From Verrucomicrobiota bacterium (GTDB lineage Bacteria > Verrucomicrobiota > Verrucomicrobiia > Chthoniobacterales > UBA6821): a stretch of DNA of 17,759 nucleotides. The stretch spans positions 1 to 17,759 of the forward strand of contig WBXG01000035.1 of NCBI GenBank assembly GCA_008932965.1. The letters run 5' to 3'. This document shows positions 9,213 through 16,996 of the stretch, one piece after another; positions within the stretch are counted from its first letter, which is position 1, and every line of letters begins with the position of its first letter. The position numbers were made by a program, and so were the translations under genes. The notes beneath the pieces are model-generated. The model was given only the letters and a program-made list of their open reading frames with translations, made no database searches and had not been told where the DNA came from.

Positions 9213-9478
9213 TGTTTTTTAGAAGATGTTGAAAGGCTCGAAGAAAAAGGTTGGACCCATATTTTCTTAGCTAATTTTCGACTTAACGCTAAACGCGTCC
9301 CACACACATGACAAATCATTTGCCCTCCACGACTCAACAAGCGAATTTCTGCTTTTTCACAAAATCCTACTTCACGTAAGCGGCGACATACTTTTTCATT
9401 ACCGTCGAGTCGTACTACCGACAAAATAGGGCCTGCTTCAGCTTCTGATAAGGGAGTAAGGGTGGTGCTAGCGCTCAT
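9209..9478 (-). CDS. feoA: FeoA-family protein (copy 1, with Ser/Lys-rich C-terminal tail)
   Basis: 89 aa with the FeoA pattern RRLREVGFCEKAEIRL ... TRLALSRKLA. An AAGGA lies 5 nt upstream of the ATG, one of the few SD-like sites in the window. Confidence 0.75.
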   Translation of the reverse strand: MSASTTLTPLSEAEAGPILSVVRLDGNEKVCRRLREVGFCEKAEIRLLSRGGQMICHVCGTRLALSRKLAKKIWVQPFSSSLSTSSKKQ

Positions 9479-9533
9479 GAAGATCCTTAATCATAGAAGG
9501 AATCGTGGGTCCACGCAACACTGCGTAATAGCA

Positions 9534-9598
9534 TAACCCGAATATTTCATACTGATCGTGACAAGGAGGTCGCAATCAGTATGAAATATGTGGGTTAA
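9534..9598. repeat. Short (hairpin) form of the TIR repeat family
   Basis: TAACCCGAATATTTCATACTGAT (9534-9556) is the inverted complement of ATCAGTATGAAATATGTGGGTTA (9575-9597). Positions 9534-9562 pair with 9569-9597, giving 25 Watson-Crick pairs out of 29, around the 6-nt loop AAGGAG. The arms match the termini of the 182-bp element at 16815-16996. Confidence 0.85.
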
Positions 9599-9709
9599 CA
9601 CTCCCATCGGAGAGCTCTTTTACAAATAGTTCTAAAAAAGAGTAGCTCCTCCTTGACATCACTCGATCCTATTTTAGAGACTCAACAGTCCGATCAATTC
9701 CAATAAGTT

Positions 9710-9781
9710 GCCGACGTAGCACAGTGGTAGTGCAGCTGATTCGTAATCAGCAGGTCAGGGGTTCGAATCCCCTCGTCGGCT
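9710..9781 (+). tRNA. tRNA-Thr (anticodon CGT)
   Basis: The cloverleaf can be read directly: acceptor GCCGACG/CGTCGGC, D stem GCAC/GTGC, anticodon stem GCTGA/TCAGC with loop TTCGTAA, and T arm AGGGG-TTCGAAT-CCCCT. The discriminator is T and no CCA is encoded. Confidence 0.9.
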
Positions 9782-9872
9782 CAGTTGAGGAACATTGGGT
9801 TCATGTTCACTAAGAAAAGTTTAAGATGAAGTTGCTCATTGTAGCAGAGGAAGTGCAGATACAAAAATTTCT

Positions 9873-10898
9873 ATGAAAAAAGCATTAATTACAGGTATTA
9901 CAGGGCAAGATGGTTCTTATCTCGCAGAGTTACTCCTAGAAAAGGGATACGAAGTTCACGGGGTAATCCGCCGTGCCTCCACATTTAATACGAGTAGAAT
10001 TGATCATCTCTATCATGATCCCCATATCCATGGGACGAAATTATTTCTTCATTATGGTGATTTAGCTGATTCGGTTCAGATGGTAAAATTACTTTATGAT
10101 TTAAAGCCTAATGAAATATATAATCTCGGAGCTCAGAGCCATGTCCGTGTCTCATTTGATATTCCAGAATATACCGGGGATGTTACAGGTCTGAGTACCG
10201 TTCGATTATTAGAAGCCATTCGTGAGGCAGGGATTGCTCAAAATGTTCGCTTTTATCAGGCCTCCTCCTCAGAGATGTTTGGCCAAGTGCACGAGGTGCC
10301 ACAAAGGGAGACAACACCTTTTCACCCTCGCTCGCCTTACGGCTGTGCTAAGGTATTTGCCTATTGGCTTACGGTCAATTACCGCGAAGCCTACAAACTT
10401 CATGCATCCAATGGAATTCTCTTCAATCATGAGAGCCCTCGTCGTGGTGAAACTTTTGTAACACGAAAAATCACACGTGCTGCCACTCGAATCAAACTCG
10501 GTCTCCAGAAAAAATTATTCTTAGGAAATCTTGATGCCCAGCGCGACTGGGGTTATGCCAAGGAATATGTTGAGGTGATGTGGCTCATGCTTCAGCAAGA
10601 GCATGCTGATGATTATATTTGTGCAACTGGGGAAACCCATACCATCCGGGAATTTTGTCAGGAATGTTTTGGTCTTCTTGATCTCGATTGGGAAAAATAT
10701 GTGGAACATGATGAGCGCTACGAACGGCCAAGTGAAGTTGAATTACTCATCGGGGATCCTTCAAAATTAAAACGTCACATCGGCTGGGAGCCTAAAGTAA
10801 AATTCAAAGAGCTTGTCAAAATCATGACCGAAGCTGATTTAGAAATCGCCCGTCAGGAACTAGCGCATCAAGAGATTGTGGCTCAACTTAAAAAATAG
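9873..10898 (+). CDS. gmd: GDP-mannose 4,6-dehydratase
   Basis: 341 aa with [19 protein letters not shown], the catalytic [12 protein letters not shown] (YxxxK), NHESPRRG and RDWGYA. Strong collinearity with Gmd. Confidence 0.95.
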   Translation: MKKALITGITGQDGSYLAELLLEKGYEVHGVIRRASTFNTSRIDHLYHDPHIHGTKLFLHYGDLADSVQMVKLLYDLKPNEIYNLGAQSHVRVSFDIPEYTGDVTGLSTVRLLEAIREAGIAQNVRFYQASSSEMFGQVHEVPQRETTPFHPRSPYGCAKVFAYWLTVNYREAYKLHASNGILFNHESPRRGETFVTRKITRAATRIKLGLQKKLFLGNLDAQRDWGYAKEYVEVMWLMLQQEHADDYICATGETHTIREFCQECFGLLDLDWEKYVEHDERYERPSEVELLIGDPSKLKRHIGWEPKVKFKELVKIMTEADLEIARQELAHQEIVAQLKK

Positions 10899-11011
10899 AA
10901 AATAACTCAGGTTCCTTCATAAAATGACTCTAAAAAAATCTGTTGGGGTTATCCTCCGATAAATTGTGTGGTTATAGAAAATCATTCACAAAAGATAAAT
11001 TCTTCTCTTTC

Positions 11012-11977
11012 ATGAACACAATAAGCTTTCCTCACTCCTCTCGTATTTATGTTGCAGGTCACCGTGGAATGGTTGGTTCTGCTCTCGTGCGAGCACTTGA
11101 AGCTCAAGGATACAAACAGCTTATTCTTCGTACGCGTCAAGAATTGGATCTCTGTGATGGGGTAGCAGTGCGCTCTTTTTTTAACCAAGAAAAACCGGAG
11201 GTTGTTCTCATTGCGGCAGCTCGAGTCGGTGGAATTCATGCCAATGCTACCTATCCTGCGGAGTTTCTTCATGAGAACCTTGCAAGTGCCCACAATCTTA
11301 TTCACGAATCTTATCGTCATGATGTGAAGCGACTTTTATTTTTAGGAAGTTCCTGTATTTATCCGAGGGAAGCCCCTCAACCTATGAAAGAAGAGTGCTT
11401 GCTGACTTCTTCCTTAGAATCAACCAATGAAGCCTATGCGATTGCAAAAATTGCAGGGCTCAAGCTCTGTCAATTTTATCGGCAGCAATATGGAGTCCTT
11501 TTTCATTCTGCCATGCCCACCAACCTCTATGGTCCTGGAGATAACTATCATCTCGAAAACTCTCATGTCCTTCCTGCACTCCTGCGCCGCTTTCATGAGG
11601 CTCGGGAAAAGAATGCTTCTTCTGTGACACTTTGGGGAACGGGAAAAAGTCGCCGTGAATTTCTCCATGTTGATGATTTAGCAGAAGCACTTGTTCTTCT
11701 TTTGCATTGCGAAACTCCACCAGATTGGATCAATGTCGGGAGTGGCAGTGATGTGACTATTCGTGAACTTGCGGAGCTCATTGCGCGTATTACTGCTTTT
11801 CAAGGGGATTTAGAGTGGGATACTACTCGCCCTGATGGTACTCTGCGCAAGCTCATGGATAGCAGCAAACTCTTAGCCCTTGGCTGGAGGCCCAAGTTTG
11901 ATCTCGAGTCAGGAATCCGTCATGCCTATACTGATTTTTTGAATTCTCAAAAAAAAGGTGACCTTAGGATGACTTAA
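11012..11977 (+). CDS. fcl: GDP-L-fucose synthase (GDP-4-keto-6-deoxymannose 3,5-epimerase/4-reductase)
   Basis: It has [51 protein letters not shown] and REFLHVDD, collinear with E. coli Fcl as I recall it. I prefer the ATG at 11012. The track start at 10943 is a TTG that adds 23 unmatched residues. Confidence 0.92.
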   Translation: MNTISFPHSSRIYVAGHRGMVGSALVRALEAQGYKQLILRTRQELDLCDGVAVRSFFNQEKPEVVLIAAARVGGIHANATYPAEFLHENLASAHNLIHESYRHDVKRLLFLGSSCIYPREAPQPMKEECLLTSSLESTNEAYAIAKIAGLKLCQFYRQQYGVLFHSAMPTNLYGPGDNYHLENSHVLPALLRRFHEAREKNASSVTLWGTGKSRREFLHVDDLAEALVLLLHCETPPDWINVGSGSDVTIRELAELIARITAFQGDLEWDTTRPDGTLRKLMDSSKLLALGWRPKFDLESGIRHAYTDFLNSQKKGDLRMT

Positions 11978-11988
11978 TTTTTCCATTA

Positions 11989-12438
11989 ATGAAAATTGCA
12001 CTTGGTTCAGATCATGCTGGTTTTCTCTACAAAGAAGCATTGAAAAAAATGCTCCTTGCTCAAGGCCATGAAATCATCGATTGCGGTACAGATAGTTTGG
12101 AGGTAACGAACTATCCAAAATACATCATCGCAGCAGCTCAGAAAGTGGCTTCAGGAGAGTGCGAGCGTGCTATTGTCCTTGGTGGCTCTGGTAATGGAGA
12201 GGCCATTGCTGCCAACAAAGTTCCCGGAATTCGTTGTGCTCTTGCTTGGAATGAAGAGACGGCTCGTCTTTCTCGAGCGCATAATAATGCTAATGTTCTT
12301 TCGCTTGGTGAAAGAATGCTCTCTCTAGAAACAGCTCAAGAGCTCGTTGCTCTTTGGTTGAAAACCCCTTTTGAATTTGGACGACATGAGCGTCGTTTAG
12401 AAGAGCTGGCAAGATATGAGCAACAAAAGAAGCTCTGA
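11989..12438 (+). CDS. rpiB: Ribose-5-phosphate isomerase B (RpiB/LacA/LacB family)
   Basis: 149 aa with IALGSDHAG, LGGSGNGEAIAANKVPGIRCAL and HNNANVLSLG. Confidence 0.9.
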   Translation: MKIALGSDHAGFLYKEALKKMLLAQGHEIIDCGTDSLEVTNYPKYIIAAAQKVASGECERAIVLGGSGNGEAIAANKVPGIRCALAWNEETARLSRAHNNANVLSLGERMLSLETAQELVALWLKTPFEFGRHERRLEELARYEQQKKL

Positions 12439-12468
12439 GTCCCCACCTCCCAAGTCAAAATGGGAGTC

Positions 12469-12532
12469 TAACGCAGCATCCACACGTGCTTCCCGGCTTA
12501 TGCAGTAGATCTGGATGAAATATGCAGGTTAA
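12469..12532 (-). repeat. Degenerate half-copy (left module, inverted) of the TIR repeat family
   Basis: TAACGCAGCATCC..GCTTCCCGGCTTATGCAGTAGATCTGGATGAAATATGCAGGTTAA aligns by eye, with indels, to the reverse complement of 16815-16880. The terminal arm matches at 16 of 18 positions. It ends in TTAA, which contains the mdh stop codon. Confidence 0.65.
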
Positions 12533-13518
12533 TGAGGCAGTAAGTCAGCAACAGCCGCTTTTTCCTCACGTAATTCCTGAACTGTAGCCTCAATCTTCTT
12601 TTTTGCAAAAGAACTCATAGGCAGCCCCTGCACGATGGAAACTCGATTTCCATCCGAACGGGTCGGAAAGGAGGCAATGAGTCCTGGATCAATTCCATAG
12701 CTTCCATCCGAGCAAAGCGAGACGCTATGCCACTGATCATGGGGGGTCACTTCATTAATGGAGCGAACCGTTTCAATAGCGGCATTGGCTGCAGAGAGTG
12801 CTGATGAGAGACCGCGTACTGCAATGATAGCAGCACCTCGTTGTTGGACATGTGTGATAAAATCATTTTCTAACCAGGCACGATCAGAAATTACTTCGGT
12901 GACAGGCTTTCCATTAATCGATGCATGCTCAAAATCAGGATACAGGGTGCTGGAATGATTTCCCCAAATGGTCATTTTTTTTACATCACGTGAATGGTGC
13001 TTTGTTTTTCGCGCTAGAAGAGCACGTGCTCGATCTTCATCAAGGCGACTCATGGCATACCAGCGCTCCTGAGGTATCTCAGGAGCGTTATTCATCGCAA
13101 TGAGGCAATTTGTATTCGCTGGATTACCAACAACAAGTATACGGACATCGGAAGCGGCATTTTTTGCAATCGCCCGAGCTTGACTAACAAAAATCTTTCC
13201 ATTGATGCCAAGAAGATCTTTCCGCTCCATACCAGCTTTGCGAGGTACACTTCCAATGAGGAAAGCCCAATGAGCTCCTTGAAATCCAAGATTAGGATCG
13301 GAGGTGGTTTCAATGGATTCTACCAGATGAAATGCAGAGTCATGAAGTTCCATCACCACTCCTTCCAGTGACTTCATACCAGATTCAATTTCAATGAGAC
13401 GCAAAGCAATCGGCTGATCTGGCCCAAAGAGGGCACCAGAGGCGATTCGAGGAATGAGCGAATGACCAATATGGCCAGCAGCACCAGTGATAGAAATTGT
13501 GATAGGTGCTTTATACAT
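12529..13518 (-). CDS. mdh: Malate dehydrogenase (NAD, LDH/MDH superfamily, long type)
   Basis: 329 aa with ITGAAGHIGHSL, GSVPRKAGMERKDLL (the Arg typical of MDH), VGNPANTNCLIA and IWGNHSSTLYPD. Confidence 0.92.
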   Translation of the reverse strand: MYKAPITISITGAAGHIGHSLIPRIASGALFGPDQPIALRLIEIESGMKSLEGVVMELHDSAFHLVESIETTSDPNLGFQGAHWAFLIGSVPRKAGMERKDLLGINGKIFVSQARAIAKNAASDVRILVVGNPANTNCLIAMNNAPEIPQERWYAMSRLDEDRARALLARKTKHHSRDVKKMTIWGNHSSTLYPDFEHASINGKPVTEVISDRAWLENDFITHVQQRGAAIIAVRGLSSALSAANAAIETVRSINEVTPHDQWHSVSLCSDGSYGIDPGLIASFPTRSDGNRVSIVQGLPMSSFAKKKIEATVQELREEKAAVADLLPH

Positions 13519-13559
13519 TGAAAAAAATTGAAGAGAAATACGTTCCAGACTGAAAACTA

Positions 13560-13605
13560 AAAGGAGAAAAGAAGAATGAGTTTACCTCAACTCCTTTTCT
13601 CCTTT
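13560..13605 (-). terminator. Candidate intrinsic terminator or attenuating hairpin downstream of hup
   Basis: AAAGGAGAAAAG (13560-13571) is perfectly complementary to CTTTTCTCCTTT (13594-13605). An inner GAGTT/AACTC stem extends the structure. On the minus strand the stem is followed by TAGTTTTCA, only a short T tract. It starts 14 nt after the hup stop. Confidence 0.4.
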
Positions 13606-13619
13606 AATAGAAGAAAAGC

Positions 13620-13895
13620 TTACAGAGAAGTTTTCAATGCTTTTCCACAAACAAAACGAACCGTCTTGGATGCTTTAATTTTAATTTGTGCACCTGTTTT
13701 TGGATTGATACCAAGACGTGCCTTGCGGTTAGCAATCTTGAATGTTCCAAAACCGATGAGTTGGACATTTTTCTTTTTCTTGATTCCTGTCTTGATGCCT
13801 TCAATAACAGCATTAACTGATTTCTCAGCGGAAGCTTTGCTGACTTCTTTGCCGAGGAGTTTTTGTACTGCTACAACGAGTTCTGCTTTGTTCAT
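13620..13895 (-). CDS. hup: HU-family DNA-binding protein
   Basis: 91 aa with MNKAELV..., GFGTFK and the arm R.ARLGINPKTG....I, the HU/IHF signature. Confidence 0.9.
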   Translation of the reverse strand: MNKAELVVAVQKLLGKEVSKASAEKSVNAVIEGIKTGIKKKKNVQLIGFGTFKIANRKARLGINPKTGAQIKIKASKTVRFVCGKALKTSL

Positions 13896-14052
13896 AACGG
13901 TGATGTGTGTGGTTAGTGGTGAATTGTGCTTACAATGGAGCCCTATTGAGATCCCAAAAAGAGCTTCCTTATGTCAACTCAGTTTCTTTATTTTTTTTAA
14001 AAAATTAATTATTTTCTTGCTACGTAAGTGAGAAGGTAATCAAAAACTAAAG

Positions 14053-14619
14053 TTAAACTCGAGGAATTGTGATTCCACGCTGCTTCATATATTTTCCATG
14101 TCGATCTGCATAGCTCCTTTCACAAGGAGAAGTCGCCTTAAAGAAAACAACCTGGGCAAGTCCTTCATTCGAATAAATCCTGGCTGGAAGAGGTGTTGTG
14201 TTAGAAATTTCTAGGGTTACATGTCCCTCCCATTCTGGTTCAAATGGAGTCACGTTCACAATGATTCCACAGCGTGCATAAGTTGATTTACCAACGCAAA
14301 TGGTTAAGACATCACGAGGGATTCGAAAATATTCAATACTCCGTGCAAGCGCAAAAGAATTGGGAGGAACAATACAAACATCAGTCTTAATGTCAACGAA
14401 CGAGCGATCATCAAAGTCCTTAGGGTCGACAACCGTATTAAATACATTTGTAAAAACTTTGAATTCATCAGCGACTCTCAAATCATATCCGTAGCTTGAT
14501 AAACCGTAGCTAATGATATTTTTCCCCTCACTAGAACGAATTTGGCGCTCCACGAATGGCTCAATCATAGCGTGCTCTAGCGACATTTCTCGAATCCAGT
14601 GATCAGGTTGTACAGACAT
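14053..14619 (-). CDS. dcd: dCTP deaminase (housekeeping, about 188-aa type)
   Basis: 188 aa with [28 protein letters not shown] and [33 protein letters not shown]. It is collinear with proteobacterial Dcd as I recall it. Confidence 0.92.
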   Translation of the reverse strand: MSVQPDHWIREMSLEHAMIEPFVERQIRSSEGKNIISYGLSSYGYDLRVADEFKVFTNVFNTVVDPKDFDDRSFVDIKTDVCIVPPNSFALARSIEYFRIPRDVLTICVGKSTYARCGIIVNVTPFEPEWEGHVTLEISNTTPLPARIYSNEGLAQVVFFKATSPCERSYADRHGKYMKQRGITIPRV

Positions 14620-14665
14620 CAGTTCTTGATATCAGAATGCTTGTGAGGAGTGAAGGGTAAAGAGG

Positions 14666-14768
14666 TTCAACCCAAATATTTCATCACCATCTGTATGAAA
14701 TATGCGGGCTAGCCAACGCAGTAACAATGAGCTTTCCACAAGCCATAATAAATTTAGTATGAATAACC
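14666..14768 (-). repeat. Composite copy of the TIR repeat family (short hairpin plus inverted left module)
   Basis: AACCCAAATATTTCAT (14669-14684) is the inverted complement of ATGAAATATGCGGGCT (14695-14710). It is followed by AGCCAACGCAGTAACAATGAGCTTTCCACAAGCCATAATAAATTTAGTATGAATAACC, which aligns to the reverse complement of 16815-16880. Confidence 0.75.
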
Positions 14769-14815
14769 ATTTATTAGTTTGTACAGAGCCTCCATTTAGG
14801 AATCTCATTTTGCTC

Positions 14816-15940
14816 ATGAATCATCCAGCCGTAGACCACCTCCCATTCTCATTACAACCCTCAAATACCCCGCTTCAAAGCCTCTCTCTTGAAAGGTTAA
14901 GAGTGGAGCTTGACCACCTTCATGTTCCCTCGTATCGAGCACAACAAATTCTAGAGTGGATTTATAAAAAAAAGGTTACCTCCTGGGAGGAGATGCTCAA
15001 CCTTCCCCTAAAGCTACGAGAGGAGCTTGCATTACAATATCCCTTTGTTTTTCCAGAGGTGATAACCGTAAGTGGTTCGCGCGATACGACTCAAAAATTT
15101 TTACTCCGCTTTGCCGATCAAGAGATGATTGAAACGGTCTTGATCCCAGCCTCTCCAGCTCTTTATGGAGAGGACTCCGATCGGCGAACGCTTTGTGTCT
15201 CAAGTCAAGTGGGGTGTGCCTATGGGTGCAAATTTTGCGCCAGTGGACTTGATGGTTTTAAGCGTAATCTGAGTGTCGAGGAGATTGTTTCTCAAGTATT
15301 ACTCGTAGAAAAAATTTCTGGAGAGCGCATCAATAACATCGTCTTTATGGGAATGGGAGAACCCTTTGCTAACTTTGATAATCTCACGCGTGCCATTGAA
15401 ATTATTAATGCTCCATGGGGAATTCATTTGGCAGCGCGTAAAATTACTGTTTCCACAAGTGGCTTGGTTTCACGTATTCGCGACTTTGCCGATCTTCCTC
15501 AGCAGATTCGACTAGCGATTTCATTGCACGGGGCTACTGATGAGGTCCGTTCGCAAATCATGCCAATTAATAAACGTTATCCTCTTGCAGAACTCATGGA
15601 GGCCTGCGCCTATTACGTGGAGCGTAAAAAACAGCTTTTGACGTTCGAATATATTCTCATTGCAGGGGTGAATGATCAACTCACACAAGCTCGTGCTTTA
15701 GCTGATCATGCCCAAGGCTTACGTGCCAAAGTGAATTTGATTCCTTACAACAAAGTCGAGGGGCTTCCGTGGGATCGTCCCTCAGAGTCAATACAAAGGT
15801 CGTTTCTTGCACAGCTTCGTGAGCGTGGTGTTGCTGCAACCATTCGTCGTGAAAAAGGGCATGATATTGATGCGGCCTGCGGACAGCTTCGTAGACGGAA
15901 GCTCACAGGTATTGAAGCCTCCTCATTACCATCTGCATGA
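14816..15940 (+). CDS. rlmN: 23S rRNA/tRNA adenine-C2 methyltransferase RlmN (radical SAM)
   Basis: It has YRAQQILEWIY, CVSSQVGCAYGCKFCASG, FMGMGEP and DIDAACGQL. I prefer the ATG at 14816. The track's start at 14702 and the ATG at 14759 both lie inside the repeat element. Confidence 0.9.
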   Translation: MNHPAVDHLPFSLQPSNTPLQSLSLERLRVELDHLHVPSYRAQQILEWIYKKKVTSWEEMLNLPLKLREELALQYPFVFPEVITVSGSRDTTQKFLLRFADQEMIETVLIPASPALYGEDSDRRTLCVSSQVGCAYGCKFCASGLDGFKRNLSVEEIVSQVLLVEKISGERINNIVFMGMGEPFANFDNLTRAIEIINAPWGIHLAARKITVSTSGLVSRIRDFADLPQQIRLAISLHGATDEVRSQIMPINKRYPLAELMEACAYYVERKKQLLTFEYILIAGVNDQLTQARALADHAQGLRAKVNLIPYNKVEGLPWDRPSESIQRSFLAQLRERGVAATIRREKGHDIDAACGQLRRRKLTGIEASSLPSA

Positions 15941-15978
15941 ACCATCTGGGTTCCTCATGGAAGATGAGTGAGGGTTAA
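15914..15978. repeat. Possible degenerate repeat-family remnant overlapping the rlmN 3' end
   Basis: CATTACCATCTGCATGAACCATCTGGGTT (15925-15953) matches CATCACCATCTGTATGAAATATGCGGGCT (14683-14711) at 21 of 29 positions. GAAGCCTCCTCATTAC resembles the element core GAAAGCTCCTCATTAC. It ends in GAGGGTTAA. The match is by eye and weak. Confidence 0.35.
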
Positions 15979-16058
15979 CATCTTTGGTTGTTTTCCATCA
16001 CAAAAAATTCCTCTTGTCCAACGGTTGATTTCATACGTAGACTCTCAAGCTTTTTCTA

Positions 16059-16808
16059 ATGAATATCTTGATCCTTGCAGCAGGCTATGCCACTCGTCTT
16101 TATCCGCTTACTGAGAAGCAACCCAAGCCGCTTCTTAACGTAGCTGGCAAGCCAATGATAGAATGGGTGATCGATAATCTAGGGCCTATTCCCAATATCA
16201 ATCGTCTCTTCATTGTGACGAACAACAAATTTGCTGATACCTTTACAGCATGGGCAGCAGAATATGGGATAAAGAATCCCAACATGAACTGCACTATTGT
16301 CAATGATGGATCGACAAGCGATGAGGATAAGCGAGGAGCTATTGGTGATATCCACTATGTTTTGCATCATGAAAAAATAATGGATGAAGATCTTCTTGTC
16401 ATCGCAGGTGACAACCTCTTCAGTGAGCCTATTGACCGATTTGTGGAGGCATCAAAAGCTCATCCTGCAACGGTGGCTCTTTATGATGTTGGTGACCTTG
16501 GGGCCATTAAAAAATATAACAACATCACCACAGATGCTGCAGGAAAGATTACTCATTTTGAAGAAAAGCCATTGAATCCCACAAGCACCCTAACCGGGAT
16601 TGCCCTCTACTACTATCGAGCAGATGTATTACCCTTCATCGACACCTACATTGCCGAAGGAAATAATCCTGATCAGCCGGGGCGCCTGATTCAATGGCTT
16701 TATCCAAGGGTTGAAGTGGGCACCTGGAACGTCCCTGGCACTTGGTTTGATATTGGAAGTAAGGAAACGCTATTAGAAGCCAATGAAGTTTTTGCAAAAT
16801 TTCAATAA
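16059..16808 (+). CDS. Sugar-1-phosphate nucleotidyltransferase (NTP_transferase family), substrate unknown
   Basis: 249 aa with an N-terminal ILILAAGYATRLYPLT..PKPLL (GxGtRL-type) motif, IAGDN, and an EKP motif later in the protein. Confidence 0.8.
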   Translation: MNILILAAGYATRLYPLTEKQPKPLLNVAGKPMIEWVIDNLGPIPNINRLFIVTNNKFADTFTAWAAEYGIKNPNMNCTIVNDGSTSDEDKRGAIGDIHYVLHHEKIMDEDLLVIAGDNLFSEPIDRFVEASKAHPATVALYDVGDLGAIKKYNNITTDAAGKITHFEEKPLNPTSTLTGIALYYYRADVLPFIDTYIAEGNNPDQPGRLIQWLYPRVEVGTWNVPGTWFDIGSKETLLEANEVFAKFQ

Positions 16809-16814
16809 GATTCC

Positions 16815-16996
16815 TTAACCCGCATATTTCACACTAAATCTATTACGGCTTGTGGAAAGCTCCTCATTACTGCGTTGGTCTCGAATCGTGATTTGGGCAG
16901 TATGAAACAGCCCGGCATCCCAATCCTTCGCCCGCCTTGTACTAATAAGCTTTGCGCGGCGCCTCATGACACTTCAGTATGAAATATGCGGGTTAA
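16815..16996 (+). repeat. Full-length (182-bp) TIR repeat element, MITE-like, no coding capacity
   Basis: The termini TTAACCCGCATATTTCACACT (16815-) and AGTATGAAATATGCGGGTTAA (-16996) are inverted repeats, with 17 consecutive complementary nt, then one mismatch, then 3 more. The interior looks more GC-rich than its surroundings. No ORF is present. It is repeated at 17629 onward. Confidence 0.85.

Noticed and set aside
9479-9533. A Fur box upstream of feoA.
   Set aside because: Only a single AATCAT hexamer is present (TTAATCATAG, 9487-9496). There is no 19-bp GATAATGATAATCATTATC-like palindrome on either strand.
9654-9690. A TTGACA-containing candidate promoter for tRNA-Thr.
   Set aside because: No acceptable -10 hexamer lies at 16-18 nt spacing. 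TATTTT is only 11 nt away, and the hexamers at proper spacing are AGAGAC and TAGAGA.
12447-12466. The CTCCCA-AGTCAAAA-TGGGAG hairpin after rpiB as an intrinsic terminator.
   Set aside because: The stem is only 6 bp and no T tract follows on either strand. It may still function, but the sequence does not support a call.
13576-14031. A 151-aa plus-strand ORF spanning the hup region.
   Set aside because: It is antisense to a textbook HU gene and runs through the hup terminator hairpin and the AT-rich upstream region. Its translation is hydrophobic, low-complexity sequence with no motifs.
14053-14619. dCTP deaminase as an anti-phage nucleotide-depletion defence gene.
   Set aside because: It is the canonical ~188-aa housekeeping Dcd, with no extra N-terminal kinase-like or other domain. 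It sits between hup and rlmN in a core-gene context.
14632-14817. A 61-aa minus-strand ORF, plus the rlmN N-terminal extension from 14702.
   Set aside because: Both lie within the repeat element at 14666-14768. The RlmN homology begins after the ATG at 14816.
877-14974. Homopolymer tracts as phase-variation switches: A9 in holB around 877-885, T10 around 2711-2720, A8 in fcl around 11950-11957, and A9 in rlmN at 14966-14974.
   Set aside because: All are in frame within intact housekeeping genes and encode Lys or Phe runs, as expected in AT-rich DNA. There is no evidence of frameshifted alleles or of contingency-type surface genes.
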